Assembly (NCBI GenBank): GCA_030390025.1
Contig: CM059444.1
Coordinates: 58,900,001-58,964,000 of the forward strand
Direction of reading: 5' to 3'
DNA length: 64,000 nt
Source of the DNA: Squalus acanthias
Lineage: Eukaryota
The notes under the pieces are model-generated. The model saw nothing but the letters and a program-made list of their open reading frames with translations. It was not told the origin of the DNA and did not search any database. Position numbers and translations under genes: made by a program. Of the stretch, positions 11,465 to 25,236 are shown one piece after another (position 1 is the stretch's first letter; each line of letters begins with the position of its first letter).

Positions 11465-13790
11465 TACGTAGAATGTACAGCACAGAAACAGGCCATTCAG
11501 CACAACAGGTCTATGCCGGTGTTTATGCTCCACACGAGCCTCCTCCCACTCTATTTACCTCATCTAACCCCACCAACATATCCTTCTATTCCTTTCTCCC
11601 TCGTGTGTTTATCTAGCTTCCCCTTAAATGCATCTATGCTAGTCGCCTAAACTACTCCTTGTGGTAGCGAGTGCCACATTCTCTGGGTAAAGAAGTTTCT
11701 CCCGAATTCCCTAGTGGATTTATTAGTGGCTATCTTATATTTATGGCCCCTAGTTCTGTTCTCCCCTGCAAGTGGAAATGTCTTTATGTCTACCCCTTCA
11801 AACCCTTTCATAATCTTAAAGACCTCCATCAGGTCATCCCTCAGTCTTCTCTTTCCTAGAGAAAACAGTCCCAGCCTGTTCAATCTTTCCTGATAAGTGT
11901 AACCTCTCAGTTCTAGTATCATTCTAGCAAATATTTTTTGCACCTTCTCCAGTGCCTCTTTATCCTTTTTATAATATGGGGACCAGAACTGTTCACAGTA
12001 CTCCACGTGTGGTCTAACCACGGTTGCGTACAAGTTGTACATAACTTCCCTGCTTTTCAATTCTATCTCTCTAGAAATGTACCCCAGTGCTTTGTTTGCT
12101 TTTTTAATGGCATTAACCTTTTTTTTTATTAGTTTATGGGATCAGGGCGTTGCTGGCAATGCCAGCATTTATTGCCCATCCCTAGTTGCCCTTGAGAAGG
12201 TGGTGGTGAGCTGCCTTCTTGAACTGCTGCAGTCCGTGTGGTGATGGTACTCCCACAGTGCTGTTAGGTAGGGAGTTCCAGGATTTTGACCCAGCGACGA
12301 TGAAGGATCGGCGATATATTTCTAAGTCAGGATGGTGTGTGACTTGGAGGGGAACTTGGAGGTGGTGGTGTTCCCATGCGCCTGCTGCCCTTGTCCTTCT
12401 AGGTGGAAGAGGTCGCAGGTTTGGGAGGTGCTGCCGAAGAAGCCTTGGCGAGTTGCTGCAGTGCATCTTGTAGATGGTACACACTGCAGCCACGGTACGC
12501 CGGTGGTGGAGGGAGTGAATGTTTAAGGTGGTGGATGGGGTGCCAATCATGCGGGCTGCTTTGTCCTGGATGGTGTCGAGCTTCTTGAGTGTTGTTGGAG
12601 CTGCACTCATCCAGGCAAGTGGAGAGTATTCGATCACACTCCTTACTTGTGCCTTGTAGATGGTGGAAAGGCTTTGGGGAGTCAGGAGGTGAGACACTTG
12701 CCGCAGAATACCTAGCCTCTGCTCTGCTCTTGTTGCCACAGTATTTATGTGGCTGGTCCAGTTAAGTTTCTGGTTAATGGTGACCCCCCAGGATGTTGAT
12801 AGTGGGGGATTCGGCAATGGTAATGCCATTGAATGTCAAGGGGATGTGGTTAGACTCTCGTTTGTTGGAGATAGTCATTGCCTGGCACTTCTGTGGCGCG
12901 AATGTTACCTGCCACTTATCAGCCCAAGCCTGAACGTCATCCAGGTCTTGTTGCATGCGGGCATGGACTGCTTCATTATCTGTGGAGTTGTGAATGGCGC
13001 TGAACACTGTGCAGTCAGCAGCGAACATCCCCATTTCTGACCTTATGTTGGAGGGAAGGTCATTGATGAAGCAGCTGAAGATGGCTGTTCCTAGGAAACT
13101 GCCCGGAGGAACTCCTGCAGCGATGTCCTGAGGCTGTGATGATTGACCTTCAACCACCACAACCATCTTCCTTTGTGCTAGGTATGACTCCAGCCAGTGG
13201 GGCCTTTTCCTCCCGATTCCCATTGACTTCAGTTTTACTAGGGCTCCTTGATGCCACACTCGGTCAAATGCTGCCTTGATGTCAAGGGCAGTCACTCTCA
13301 CCTCACCTCTGGAATTCAGCTCCTTTGTCCATGTTTGGACCAAGGCTGTAATGAGGTCGGGAGCCGAGTGGTCTTGGCGGAACCCAAACTGGGCATCAGT
13401 GAGCAGGTTATTGTTGAGTAAGTGCCGCTTGAAAGCACTGTCAATGACACCTTCCATCACTTTGCTGATGATTGAGAGTAGACTGATGGGGTGTTAATTG
13501 GCTGGGTTGGATTTGTCCTGCTTTTTGTGGACAGGACATACCTGGGCAGTTTTCCCTACGTTGCTACTTTGTGATTTGTGTATCTGTACCCCCAGATCCC
13601 CCTGCTCCTTTGCCCCATTTAGACACTTATTTTACAAGGTGTATGTGGCCTCCTTATTCTTTCTACCAAAATGTACCACCTCACATTATCTATAATGAAG
13701 TTAATGTCAATTACACACCCACTCTGCAAGTTTATTAGTGTCTTCCTGTATTTTGTCGCAGTCCTCCTCTGTATTAACTACACCCAATGT
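11465..13790 (-). mobile_element. CR1-type LINE 3' part, split by a nested jockey-group LINE
   Basis: KSREVMYNLYATVVRPHVEYCEQFWSPYYKKD in 11647-12060; CR1 sequence stops near 12118 and resumes near 13558. Confidence 0.82.
12119..13557 (-). mobile_element. Jockey/CR1-supergroup non-LTR retrotransposon, 5'-truncated (RT, C-terminus, A-rich tail); clade unresolved
   Basis: QFGFRQDHSAPDL...ALDIKAAFDRVWHQG...GVPPGSFLG...FAADCT (decayed RT motifs); YKAQVRSVIEYSPLAW; tail with AATAAA and poly(A). Confidence 0.88.
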
Positions 13791-13905
13791 CAGAATAGCA
13801 CTCTTCACTCTCAGTACACCATTCCCATTTCTCACCCCGGACTCACCAAGTCAATTAGTGACAAAATAAGAGTCATTTTGTGCTATAGACTCGTGCCCAC
13901 TGATA

Positions 13906-14240
13906 AATGAAGTAAATGTTTCCACATGTGGGGGAGTCCAAAACTAGGGGCCATAAATATAAGATAGTCATTAATAAATCCAATAAGGAATTCAGAAGAA
14001 ACTTCTTTACCCAGATATTGGTTAGAATATGGAACTCGCTACCACATGGAGTGGTTGAGGCAAATAGCAAAGATACCTTTAAGGGGAAGTTCGATAAACA
14101 CATGAGGGAGAAAGGTATAGAAGGATATGCAGATAGGGTTCGATGAAGTAGGGTTGGGGGGATGCTCGTGTGGAGCATAAACACCAGCTAGACCAGTTGG
14201 GCCGAATGGCCTGTTTCTGTCTTGTAAATTCTATGTAATT
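13906..14240 (+). mobile_element. CR1-type LINE 3' fragment
   Basis: MFPHVGESKTRGHKYKIV...FFTQILVRIWNSLP plus 3' UTR. Confidence 0.85.
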
Positions 14241-14937
14241 TCACTTGCAATAACCTCCTATTGGCTGTAAGAGGCTTCATCAGTCTGGGCTGGAGTTGAA
14301 GCCAAGTCCCAGGGCTGAAAGGACATCTGACCTACTGCACCAACTAGTCCCATATCTCTTATTTTGAAGGGAACATGACCGGCTATTGATAGTAGGTTCT
14401 AGCCCAAGTCAGCTGCTACAATCTGTAGTTTATTTCTAGGAGGAAAAAAACCTATTTTTTAAATTATTTCCCTTTCACCACAGCTAGCTCAGTGACCCAT
14501 ATCACAGCATAAATACGTCAGCTACCTTGACACAGGGTCAGTGGGGAGCACAGGACAGGTCTAAAGCCTGCAAGGTGCTGCTGAGCTGCCCAGTTGTGTT
14601 GAAATACTTGTATCAATTTCAGACGCGGGACATCTGAATTCCAATGTTTCTGCTCACTGTGAAGTTTTAATGTTGGAATAAGGCTGGCATTAGTGTTGCC
14701 AACTCCAAAATCCCGTGTGGGGGGGGGGGGGGTATATCATGGCAGCAATTCTGAAATTTGCTTTGCTGAGGAAAATTCATTGGAAACTTCAATAATGAAT
14801 GCCTACAAGTCATGAGACACAGAAGTAAGTGGAAAAAGTGGACTTTTATTTTAAAGCAAACAGGATTCTTGTGCGAGTTTGCATCTTCTATATTTCTGGA
14901 TAGCAGAGTCAAAAATCAGACTGTCCAGACCAAAACT

Positions 14938-17900
14938 GGGACATTGAGGGGGGAGGGTGAACAGCCAGAGGTCGTGGTCCATATTGGTACCAATGACATA
15001 GGTAGAAAGATGGAGGAGGTCCTGCAGGCAGATTTTAGGGAGCTAGGAAAGAGATTAAAAAGCAGGACCTCAAAAGGTAGTAATCGCTGGATTACTACTC
15101 CGGATGCCACGCGCGAGTGAGTATAGAAATAGGAGGATAGAGCAGATGAATGCGTGGCTGGAGAGATAGTGCAGGAGAGGGGGCTTCAGATTCCTGGGGC
15201 ATTGGGGCCAGTTCTGGGAGAGGTGGGACCTGTACGAGCCGGAACCAATATCCTCGAGGGGAGGTTTGCTAGTGCTGTTGGGGAGGGTTTAAACTAATTT
15301 GGCAGGGGGATGGGCACCAGGATGTAACATTACAAAGGGGAAATAAAGTGCTCAAAGGATTGGGAGAGGCAGAGAGCACTAAAGAAAGAAATGGTAAGGT
15401 ATTGGGTGGGGTCAAACTAAGAATACAGGATGGTCTAAGATGGGTTTACAGTGAATGTATGTGAAGGCACAAAGCGTAGTAAATAAGGTAAGTGAGCTGC
15501 AAGCACAAAGAGCCACATGGGAATATGATTTTGTGGCAATAACTGAGACCTGTCTCAAAAAACGGCAGGATTGGGTATTAAATATTCCTGGTTATAAAGT
15601 GTTCAGGAAAGATAGGAGGTGGTGTGGCAGTATTGGTCAAGGAGAATGTTACAGTGCTGGAGAGGGAGGATGAGCTGGAGGGGTCAAGGACAGAATCTAT
15701 ATGGCTAGAGTTAAGAAATAATAGAGGTGCCATTACACTGCCAGGTGTATTCTATAGACCACCAAATAATGGGAAAGATATGGAGGAGCAAATGTGCAGA
15801 GAAATTACAGAGGTGCAAGAACTATAGAGTAGTAATAATGGGGGACTTCAACTATCTTAATATAGACTGGGATCGTAATAGTGTTAAGGGCAGAGAAGGG
15901 GAAGAATTTCTGAAGTGTGTTCATGAGAACTTTCATGATCAGTATGTTTCTGGTCCGACGAGGGAGGAGGCATTGCTGGATCTGGTTCTGGGGAATGAGG
16001 TAGGTCAAGTGGAGCAAGTGTCAGTAGGTGAACATTTGGGGAACAGTGATCATAGTATAAGGATTAGATTAGCTATGGAAAAGGACAGGGAGCAATCTAG
16101 AGTAAAAATGTTTAGCTGTGGGAAGGCCAGTGGGATGAGAACGGATCTGGCCCAGGTAAACTGGAATCAAAGATTGGCAGACAAAACTGTCATGGAACAA
16201 TGGGCTGCCTTTAAAGAGGAAATAGTTGAGGTACATTCCCACTAGGGGGAAAGGCAGGGCAACTAAAGTCAGGGCTCCCTTGATGACGAAGGAGATAGAG
16301 AATATGATGAAGCAGAAAAAGAGCGCGTATGACAGATGTCAGGTTGCAAACACATCTGAGATCCAGGCTGTATATAGAAAGGTCAGAGGCGAAGTGAAAA
16401 AGAAAATAAGAGGGGCAAAGAGAGGGCATGAGAATAGAATGGCAGCCAATATAAGAGGTAATCCAAAAGTCTTCTATGGGCATATAAATAGTAAAAGGGT
16501 AGTAAGAGGAGGGGTGGGGCCGATTAGGGTCCAAAAAGGAGACCTATGCATGGAGACAGAGGGTATGGCTGAGGTACTAAACGAGTACTTTGCATCTGTC
16601 TTCACCAAGGAAGAGGATGCTGCCACAGACTTAATGAAGGAGGAGGTAGCGTTGACACTTGATAGGATAAAAATTGATAAAGATGCATTAGAAAGGCTGG
16701 CTGTACTTAAAGTAGATAAATCACCAGGAGCGGATGGGATGCATCCTAAGATGCTGAGGTAATTGAGGGTGGAAATCAGAGAGGTACTGGCCATAATGTT
16801 CCAATCCTTCATAGATACAGGGGTGGTGCCAGAGGACTGGAGAATTGCAAATGTTACACCATTGTTCAAAAAAGGGTGCAAAGATAAACCCAGCAACTAC
16901 CAGGCCAGTCAGTTTAACCTCAGTAGTGGGGAAACTTTTAGAAACAGTAATCAGGGACAAAATTAACAGTCACTTGGATAGGTGTGGATTAATTAAGGAA
17001 AGCCAGCACAGATCTGTTAGAGGCAAATCATGTTTAACCAACTTGATCGAGTTTTTTGATGAGGGTAATGCGGTTGACGTAGTGTACATGGATTTCCAAA
17101 AGGCGTTAAACAAAGTTGAAGCCCATGGAATAAAAGGGACAGTGGCAGCATGGATACGAAATTGGCAGTGACAGGAAACAGAGTAGTGGTGAACAGTTGT
17201 TTCTCGGACTGGAGGTAAGTATGCAGTGGTGCTCCCCAAGGGTCGGTTCTAGGACCACTGCTTTTCTTGATATATATTAATGACTTGGATGTGGGTGTAC
17301 AGGGCACAATTTCAAAATTTTCAGACGACACAAAACTTGGATGTATAGTGAACAGTGAGGAGGAGAGTGATAGACTTCAGGAAGACATAGGCTGGTGAAA
17401 TGGGCGGACACATGGCAGATGAAATTTAACGCAGAAAAGTGTGAAGTGAAGTGATACATTTTGGTAGAAAGAATGGAGAGAGGATATATAGTACAATCCT
17501 AAAGGGGGTGCACGAACAGAAATACCTGGGGGTATGTGTGCACAAATCGTTGAAGGTGGCAGGGCAGGTTGAGAAAGCAGTTAAAAAGGCTTACGGGATC
17601 CTGGACTTCATAAATAGAGTACAAAGTGTGGAAATTATGATGAACCTGTATAAAACACTGGCTCACCCCCAACTGGAGTACTGTGTCCAATTCTGGGCAC
17701 CATACTTTAGGAAGGATGTGAAGGCCTTAGAGAGGGTGCAGAAAATATTTACAAGAATGATTCCAGGAATGAGGGAACTTCAGTTACATTGATAGACTGG
17801 AGAAGCTGGGGTTGTTCTCCTTGAAGCAGAGAAGATTGAGAGGAGGTTTGATAGAGATGTTCAAAATCATGAGGGGTCTGGACAGAGTAGATAGAGAGAA

Positions 17901-18231
17901 ACTGTTCCCATTGGCAGAAGGGTCGAGAACCAGAGGACACAGATTTAAGGTGATTGGCAAAAGAACCAAAGGCGACGCAAGAAAAAACATTTTTACGCAG
18001 CGAGTGGTTAAGATCTGGAATGCACTGCCTGAAAGGGTAGTGGAGGCAGACTCAATCTTATCTTACAAAAGGGAGTTGGATAAGTATCTGAAGGAAAAAA
18101 ATTTGCAGGACTACAGGGAAAGGGCGGGGGAGTGGGACTAGCTGAAGTGCTCATGCAGAGAGCCGGCACATGCTCGACAGGCCGAATGGCCTTCTTCCGT
18201 GCTGTAACCATTCTATGATTCGATGATTCTA
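14938..18231 (+). mobile_element. CR1/HER1-type LINE, longest copy (ORF1 3' half, endonuclease, RT, 3' UTR), inactivated by stops and frameshifts
   Basis: EVVVHIGTNDIGRK (SGNH ORF1); VVIMGDFNY...LLDLVLGNE...GNSDH (APE); KSCLTNLIEFF, VVYMDFQKA; C-terminal RTRGHRFKV; (ATTCT)-type tail. Confidence 0.93.
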
Positions 18232-18982
18232 GGTGGCAACCCAGACTGGAGCGGATACAATACTATAAGCAATCACGCAGACAGACAATATTTTAAAGGC
18301 ATGTTTTAGCATATCTAATAAAGGATCATTTGCCCAAGAGTTGTAAAAGCATCCAGGCATTTACTGAATTTTTGGATGTAACCAAACTATGATGCACCTC
18401 CCACCACAGCTTCAATCGACACAGTTATAACAACATTTAAAGATTTGGCTACTAGTTGAACTTGTGGATGATGAGATCTGTGAAAAGAAGCAATACATTA
18501 AGGTTCCCAGTAGGAGTGTTTGAAAACTATGATTAAACTTCTTTGGAAAGCATTTTTATAATGGCATTTTTATAACCGTTACACAGATCCCAGCACAATA
18601 GTTTTCAGACAAATTTGATATGCTGTGCTCGACTTCAATAAATCGACGGTCATGGTTTGAAAAAAAGCCAGGAAAAGCTCTCATTTACTGCGTCAGCCAT
18701 AGTCCAACAGAGCCATACTGACCACAAGGGTCCCTGGATCAATCCTGGCGTGTGGTGAACGAGCTGACTTCAGCACAGCCAGTAGTGGAGGCATCGCAAT
18801 TAGCACCTGGGCTAAGGATGTGGGGGGGGGGGGGGGGGGGGGGAATGAACAAAAAAAACAGGTGGATGGGGTCCCACTTCTGTTCGCTATCCAGCAATCC
18901 TTGTGGACTTCAGGAGAGAACGTCACAGTCAAATGAACTGCCAACACCCAATAGTCTAGGCTTCACACATGAAGACAACGGG

Positions 18983-19360
18983 AACGGTAGCATAGTGGTT
19001 ATGTTACTGGACTAGTAATCCAGAGGCCTGGACTAATGATCCATAGACATGAGTTCAAATCCCACCACGGCAGCTGGGGGAATTTAAATTCAATTGAATA
19101 AATCTGGAATAAAAAGCTAGTTGTAAAAACCCATCTGGTGCTTACCCGGTCTGGTCTATATGTCACACCAGACCCACAGCAATGTGGTTGACTCTTGACT
19201 GCCCTCTGAAATGGCCTAGCAGTTGTACCAAACCGCTACAAAGAAGTATACTACTTCACCACATGGACTGCAGCGGTTCAAGAAGGTGGCTCACCACCAC
19301 CTTCTCAAGGGCAATAAATGCCGGCCTTGCCAGCGACACCCACATCCCATGAACTAATTT
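18983..19360 (+). mobile_element. tRNA-derived SINE with 3' tail shared with the jockey-group LINE
   Basis: A box GGTAGCATAGTGG, B-box-like GAGTTCAAATCC; last about 100 nt (GGACTGCAGCGGTTCAAGAAGGTGGCTCACCACCACCTTCTCAAGGGCAATAAATGCCGGCCTTGCCAGCGAC) match 57432-57520. Confidence 0.8.
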
Positions 19361-19854
19361 TTTTTTAAATCACTTGAATGTGGTACCAAAGGGCAGCCGT
19401 CTACCATTCCCCAAGATAAGTCAGCACCTCCAGAAGAGGAAACTGAAGGGGAAGAAGGGAAAAAGAGAGAAAAAAAACCTAAACCGTAATCATAGGAGAT
19501 TCTCGCACGGGTGTCAATTTACACTTACTCATCTTTTTAAAGTAACTATTTTTATTATTTGTAGTGCTCTTTCCTCCCACTTTTTATCTTAATGTAATGC
19601 TTAAGAGTTACATTTATACAAACATGTGAAGATGATGGACAGGAAAAGACCAACTGATCGGTTGAGCATGTCCCACAGTGTCATGTTGCAATTAAGTATC
19701 ATGGGCCCCCCAGTGCTCTCACGCACCAGCCATGGAATCGCCTGGGAGAAGCAAAAAACCAGAAACCACCCACCATGCTCTTCTACTCTATCCTCCTCTT
19801 CGCCACCAATGAATCCAACGTGAAATTAGCAAGAAGCCAATTACATTACAAGAG

Positions 19855-20463
19855 TGGCCATATAATGGGAATGGGGGAAAAGTCGACAATCAGTATGCAC
19901 AAATGCAAGACTTCCAATAGATTACCTTGGTTAGACCACACTCTGAGTACTCTGCACAGTTCTGGTCTCCATATTACAAAAAGAATATAGAAGCACTGGA
20001 GAAATGTAAGAGAGATTTACAAGTATGATACCAAAGCTGAGAGGAAAGACTGAACAGGCTGGGTCTCTTTGCTCTAGAAAAGACAAGATCAAGAGGCGAC
20101 CTGACAGAGATCTTTAAAATGAATGATGTGTTTGATAGGGTAGACGTAGAGAAGATGTTTCCACTTGCAGGGGCGTCCAAAACTAGGGGCCATAAATACA
20201 AGATAGTCACTAATAAATCCAGTAAGGAATGCAGGAGAAACTTCTTTACTCAGAGAATGTGAAATTTGCTACCACATAGAGCAGTTGAGGCGAGTACCAT
20301 AGATGCATTTAAGGGGAAGCTAGACAAGTACATGAGGGAGAAAGGAATAGAAGGATATGTTAATAAGTTGAGATTAAGTAAGGTGGGAGGAGGCTCGTGC
20401 GGAGCATAAACACTGGCAGAGATCTATGCTGTAAACTTCGATGTGATTCTATTCTATGTAATA
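19855..20463 (+). mobile_element. CR1-type LINE 3' fragment, degraded
   Basis: Same sequence as 23480-24100; (ATTCT)/(TATGTAA) tail. Confidence 0.82.
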
Positions 20464-20911
20464 TTGCTGGTCAATCCTCTACAGCATTGCGTATTAGGAG
20501 CCAAGACAAACTGTTGGTTTCAAGTGGTGGGGTTTAGAGGGTGGTGGATAATTGCACCACGGAACTCAAATATAATTCAGTCCTTATTTTAAAGTCATAC
20601 ATTCTTCCTGTATTGTTATATATTTCCATTATAAATTCCTAAGACCACATTTATAATGGACTGCCTATGTAAACTTGCCATGCTGTAATTGCACCCTCAT
20701 GCCAGTAGCAGCGCTGCAGCCCCCCCAATTGTGAGGGGTGGGGAGAAGGGTGCAATTACAGCGTGACAAGTTTACATAGGCAGTTTGTATTATAAATATG
20801 GACAAGCTATTTATAATTGAAAAGATGATGGGATGTGTGCAGGTACAAGGTATATATTTATTACAAGCTAGTACTAGTAGGTGCATAAAATAAATGACTT
20901 GTGCTCTACAA

Positions 20912-23900
20912 CAGTGGTTCTCAAACTATTTTGGTTGAAGGCCCCTATTTCAAATGGATTGCTAATCACAGACCCCCCCCCATCTAAATTATAACACTAC
21001 ATAATACTTATATGAAAGTGCTGCATGTAGAGTGTTTTATTGAAGCATCGCTCCTTCGCTTATATCATATTTCATTTGACCTCCTCCCAGCAAAAAAACT
21101 AAATTCATTCAATAAAATACAACATGCAGTATCCATTAAAGCCAATCCACAATTTATATTTACCGACTATTTTTATTGTTTGTTTTAAGAAAGTCCACAA
21201 ATTTGCACATTTTAAAAACTTGTATACTTTTGAATAGCCAGCGACTTGTTTATATCGTTATAAGTTATTGCATTTTAGCTGATTTTGGGGAATTTTTATA
21301 TACCACAGAAAAAAACAATTATGTATAAATAATGAGAAAGGAATGTTGAGGACCGTCTTGCTAACCATTTCTCTTCTAGTGAGATTAGGTCATCATTAAA
21401 GTATGTAGCTTGCCCGTGTTTTTATTGTGGGTTAGTTGAGGTGCACTTAATGCTTTTAAATTAATATGCATTGATATCACTAAAAACCTGTAAAGCATAA
21501 TCACGCTTGCTTATTTCTAGTAGGCCGAACGTCCCTAATACCGTCTTGGGGGTGTTAGTGTAAGTTGCTGGTTCTGTATCGGGCTGCCTCTGCCTATTTG
21601 AGGAATGCGTTGTGTCACTATATAGGAATTTCAGCACCCTGCAGGAGCGGTGAAATCTACATCAATGCTCATCTACAGTTTATACATCAATTTAAATGAG
21701 CAATTCCTAGGTGCAGTTCAGCACAACAGGCAAGTTACGGGTCATTACAATGTTAATGTTGACACCTATGGGAGACATTTTTGAGTTTGAAACATTTTAG
21801 TCCTGTTTCCAGAATTTGAATTTGCAACCATCGTGTGCGCGTTAAGTGTTTAATTTCATAAACGGTCACCAAATTATCATTCAGCAATATATTAATGTGG
21901 GCCGTTTTCCGTTAATACTTCATTCAATCGCTCTAATTTCATTCAATGATGTATGAGGCTACAGAAGACAAGCCCGATCTCTCTGTATAAGTCAATCCAG
22001 AGTATTTTTTTTCTTTCTGTGCAATCCTTTGAGTGAAGGAAGCAAGGTGGGCCAAACTTTCCCTCCATCCTTTTACAACTTTAGATTTTAGGTGCAACTA
22101 AACACTAATGAGACTCCATGGATGAATAAAGCCATAAGGGAACAATTGAGGGTAAAGAAAGAGGCATACAATAAGTACATGGACAGCAGAGGAGAGCATG
22201 ATAAGGGGGAATACGAAGAGATTAGGAGAAGTCAAAAAACAATGAGAAAGGCAAAGAAGAACTATGAAATTAAATCATCAAGAAACATTAAAAAATAGTA
22301 AAATATTTTACAGGCACATCAATAAAAAAAAGGTTGGGATAGGAATAGGGCCATTAAGGGATAGACAGGATAATATCACAGGTAATGATAGAGAGATGGC
22401 AGAAATATTAAATAATTATTTTGCTTCAGTATTTACCAGGGAGATAGAACAGGTGGACATGACATTGGATGATGAGATTAGCAATGAGATAAGTGCATTT
22501 AAAATAAAAAGAGGGGGTATATTAAATAAACTAATCAAACTCAGGATAAAACCCCTGGTCCATGAATTAAAAAAAAAAAAAATCTAGGGAAGAGATAGCA
22601 GAGGCATTACTACACATATTTAATAATTTGTTAGAAAAAGGTGTAGTGCCAGAAGATTGGCGGATAGCTAATGTAATACCTATATTCAAGAAGTGGGATA
22701 GAACATGTCCAGGGAATTATACACCAGTCAGCTTAACATCGGTGGTAGGAAAAATAATGGAATCCCTACTAAAGGAGAAAATAGAACATCTAGAAACCAA
22801 AAATATAATAATGATTAGTCAGCATGGATTTCAAAAGGGAAAGTCTTGCTTGACCAATCTCATTGAATTTTTTGAAGAGGTAACAGAGAGAGTAGACAAT
22901 GGTAATGCAGTAGATGTAATTTATCTAAATTTTCAAAAGGCCTTCGATAAGGTATCCCATAATAGACTGATGAACAAGGTCAGAGAATGCGGAGTCAGGA
23001 GACAAGTAGCAGGATAGCTAGCTGGCTTCAAGACAGAAAGCAGAGAGATGGGGTAAAGGATAGATACTCAGTGGCAGAAGGTGGGTAGTGGTGTTCCACA
23101 AGGGTCAGTGCTGGGACCACTGTTGTTCACAATTTACATTAACGATTTAGACTTTGGAATCAAAAACAATTTCTAAATTTGCAGATGACACTAAATTGGG
23201 AGGGATAGTCAATACTGAGGAGGACTGCAACAAATTACAAGAGGACATTAATAAACGTGCAGAATGGGCATATAACTGGCAAATGAAGTTGAACACAGAT
23301 AAATGTGAGGTATTACATTTTGGTAGGAAGAATAAGGAGGTCACTTATTACTTGGAGGATGCGAGTCTAGGTGGGGTAGAGGAACAAAGGATCTCGGAGC
23401 ACAAATACACAAATCACTGAAAGTTGTGCCACAGGTTAGCAAGGCCATTAAAAAAGCTAACCAAGCACGAGGGTTTATTTCTAGAGGGATAGAATTGAAA
23501 AGTAGGGAAGTTATGTTAAACCTGTATCGAACCTTGGTTAGACCACACTTGTGTACAGTTCTGGTCGCCATATTATAAAAAGGATAGAGAGACACTGGAG
23601 AGGGTGCAGAGAAGATTTACAAGGATGATACCAGAAATGTGAGGGTATACAGATCAGGAAAGGATGAACAGACTGGGTCTCTTTTCACTTGGAAAAAAGG
23701 CTGAGCGGTGACCTAATAGAGGTCTTTAAAATTATGAAAGGTTTTGATAGATTGGAGAGAGAGAGAATGTTTCCACTTGTGGGGAAGAGCATAACTAGAG
23801 GCCATCAATATAAGATAGTCACCAAGAAATCCAATAGGGAATTCAGAAGAAACTTCTTTACCCAGAGAGTGGTGAGAATGTGGAACTTCGCTATCACGGA

Positions 23901-24211
23901 GTGGTTGAAGTGAATAGTATAGATGTATTTAAGGGGAGGCTAGATAAGCATATGAGGGAGAAGGGAACAGAGGGTTATGCTGATAGATTTAGATGAGGAA
24001 AGACGGGAGGAGGCTCAAGTGGAGCACAAACGCTGGCATGGACTGGTTGAGCCAAATGGCCTGTTTCTGTGCCGTATATCCTATGTAATGTAATCCTATG
24101 TAAAGGCCAGCCCTGCTCGGTAAGCAGGTGCCCATTATTTCGCGGACCCCCTGGAGAGTCCCTACGGACCTCCACCCCTAGGGTCCGCGGACCCCAGTTT
24201 GAGAATCACTG
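20912..24211. mobile_element. hAT (Charlie-like) non-autonomous DNA transposon carrying a nested CR1 LINE
   Basis: 16-bp TIRs CAGTGGTTCTCAAACT / AGTTTGAGAATCACTG with 1 mismatch; perfect 8-bp TSD CTCTACAA at 20904-20911 and 24212-24219. Confidence 0.9.
22092..24102 (+). mobile_element. CR1-type LINE, 5'-truncated, nested in the hAT element
   Basis: VPEDWRIANVIPIFKK...QHGFQKGKSCLTNLIEFFEEV...FQKAFDKV; ISKFADDTKLGG; 3' UTR and tail. Confidence 0.92.
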
Positions 24212-25236
24212 CTCTACAATACCAGGGCACACACAATGGGTTCAACAAGACACATATGACCTTTCAAACAAGTACATACACAGAACTTTTCAAGGGGAGA
24301 GTATGGGTTTGAACTGGCCCCAGTGCACAAACTCGCCTGCCTCCTCAGTGTAGAAGGCTAACCTGGTCTGGCCCATTATCTCCCTTTCCCCAATTTGAAT
24401 AGGCTACGAGCACAGGAACAGCTTGCCCACGGAACCAGGCCAGTAGGCACACTCAGCTGGGGAGCAGCTGTTAAAGGGCCACAGCTAAGCATTAAAGGGC
24501 AAGTTGTAGGGAGGACAGAAAAGTGGCCTAATTGATCACAATGGAGACATGCGGGCAACATTCCTCCCTTTGATTCACTTTCTGCAATTATTAGCATCGG
24601 GGGTGGGGAGGTGGCTGGAGACTGCTCTCCAATAGAAGCACTGGTGCACACTATGAATGGAGGTTGCACCTGGCTGTAAATGAAGAAGTCTGTTGGGTGT
24701 CGAAAGGAAAAAATCAACGGTCAGTACGTCCTCAATGTTGAACACATTTCTTGTGGGTGCACCAAACAAAGTGCAAACTACGATGGGAACTTGCGCACGC
24801 TCTCGGAGGGACCATTTCAACTGTTGGCCTTATGCAGATTCGCTTTCATCATGTCAAAGCTGCACTGCGCACTTCTCTTGCAGGTGGAGGTGGTAGACAT
24901 AGGAGAAAAACAGATTCTCAGACTTCCAGCCCGAGGTCCTCAACTGTTAGGGGGTTTCTCAGTGGGTTCAACAGACAGATGCAGAGGTCAGGCCTGGTCA
25001 CCCAAGAGTAATTTCTTCGCTCCCCACCCCTCAAATGTTTGTTTCTCCTTCCAAATATGCAGCCACTGTGGACTGCTACTTATGATGGCATCGTAACTGA
25101 TCCTCAATAATGGCCAATGGTGTGCATAAAGATACCACCTGAACATGGAGAGCTAACCTTTCTTCACATGGCATTGACAAGATACACTTGATGCTGGACT
25201 GTCGCCTACAGGGTGCACTTGATGCTGGACCGTCGT

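Noticed and set aside
24620-25230. Cluster of overlapping ORFs, including a 138-aa one
   Set aside because: No recognisable domain or splice pattern; probably an old degraded repeat that I cannot classify.
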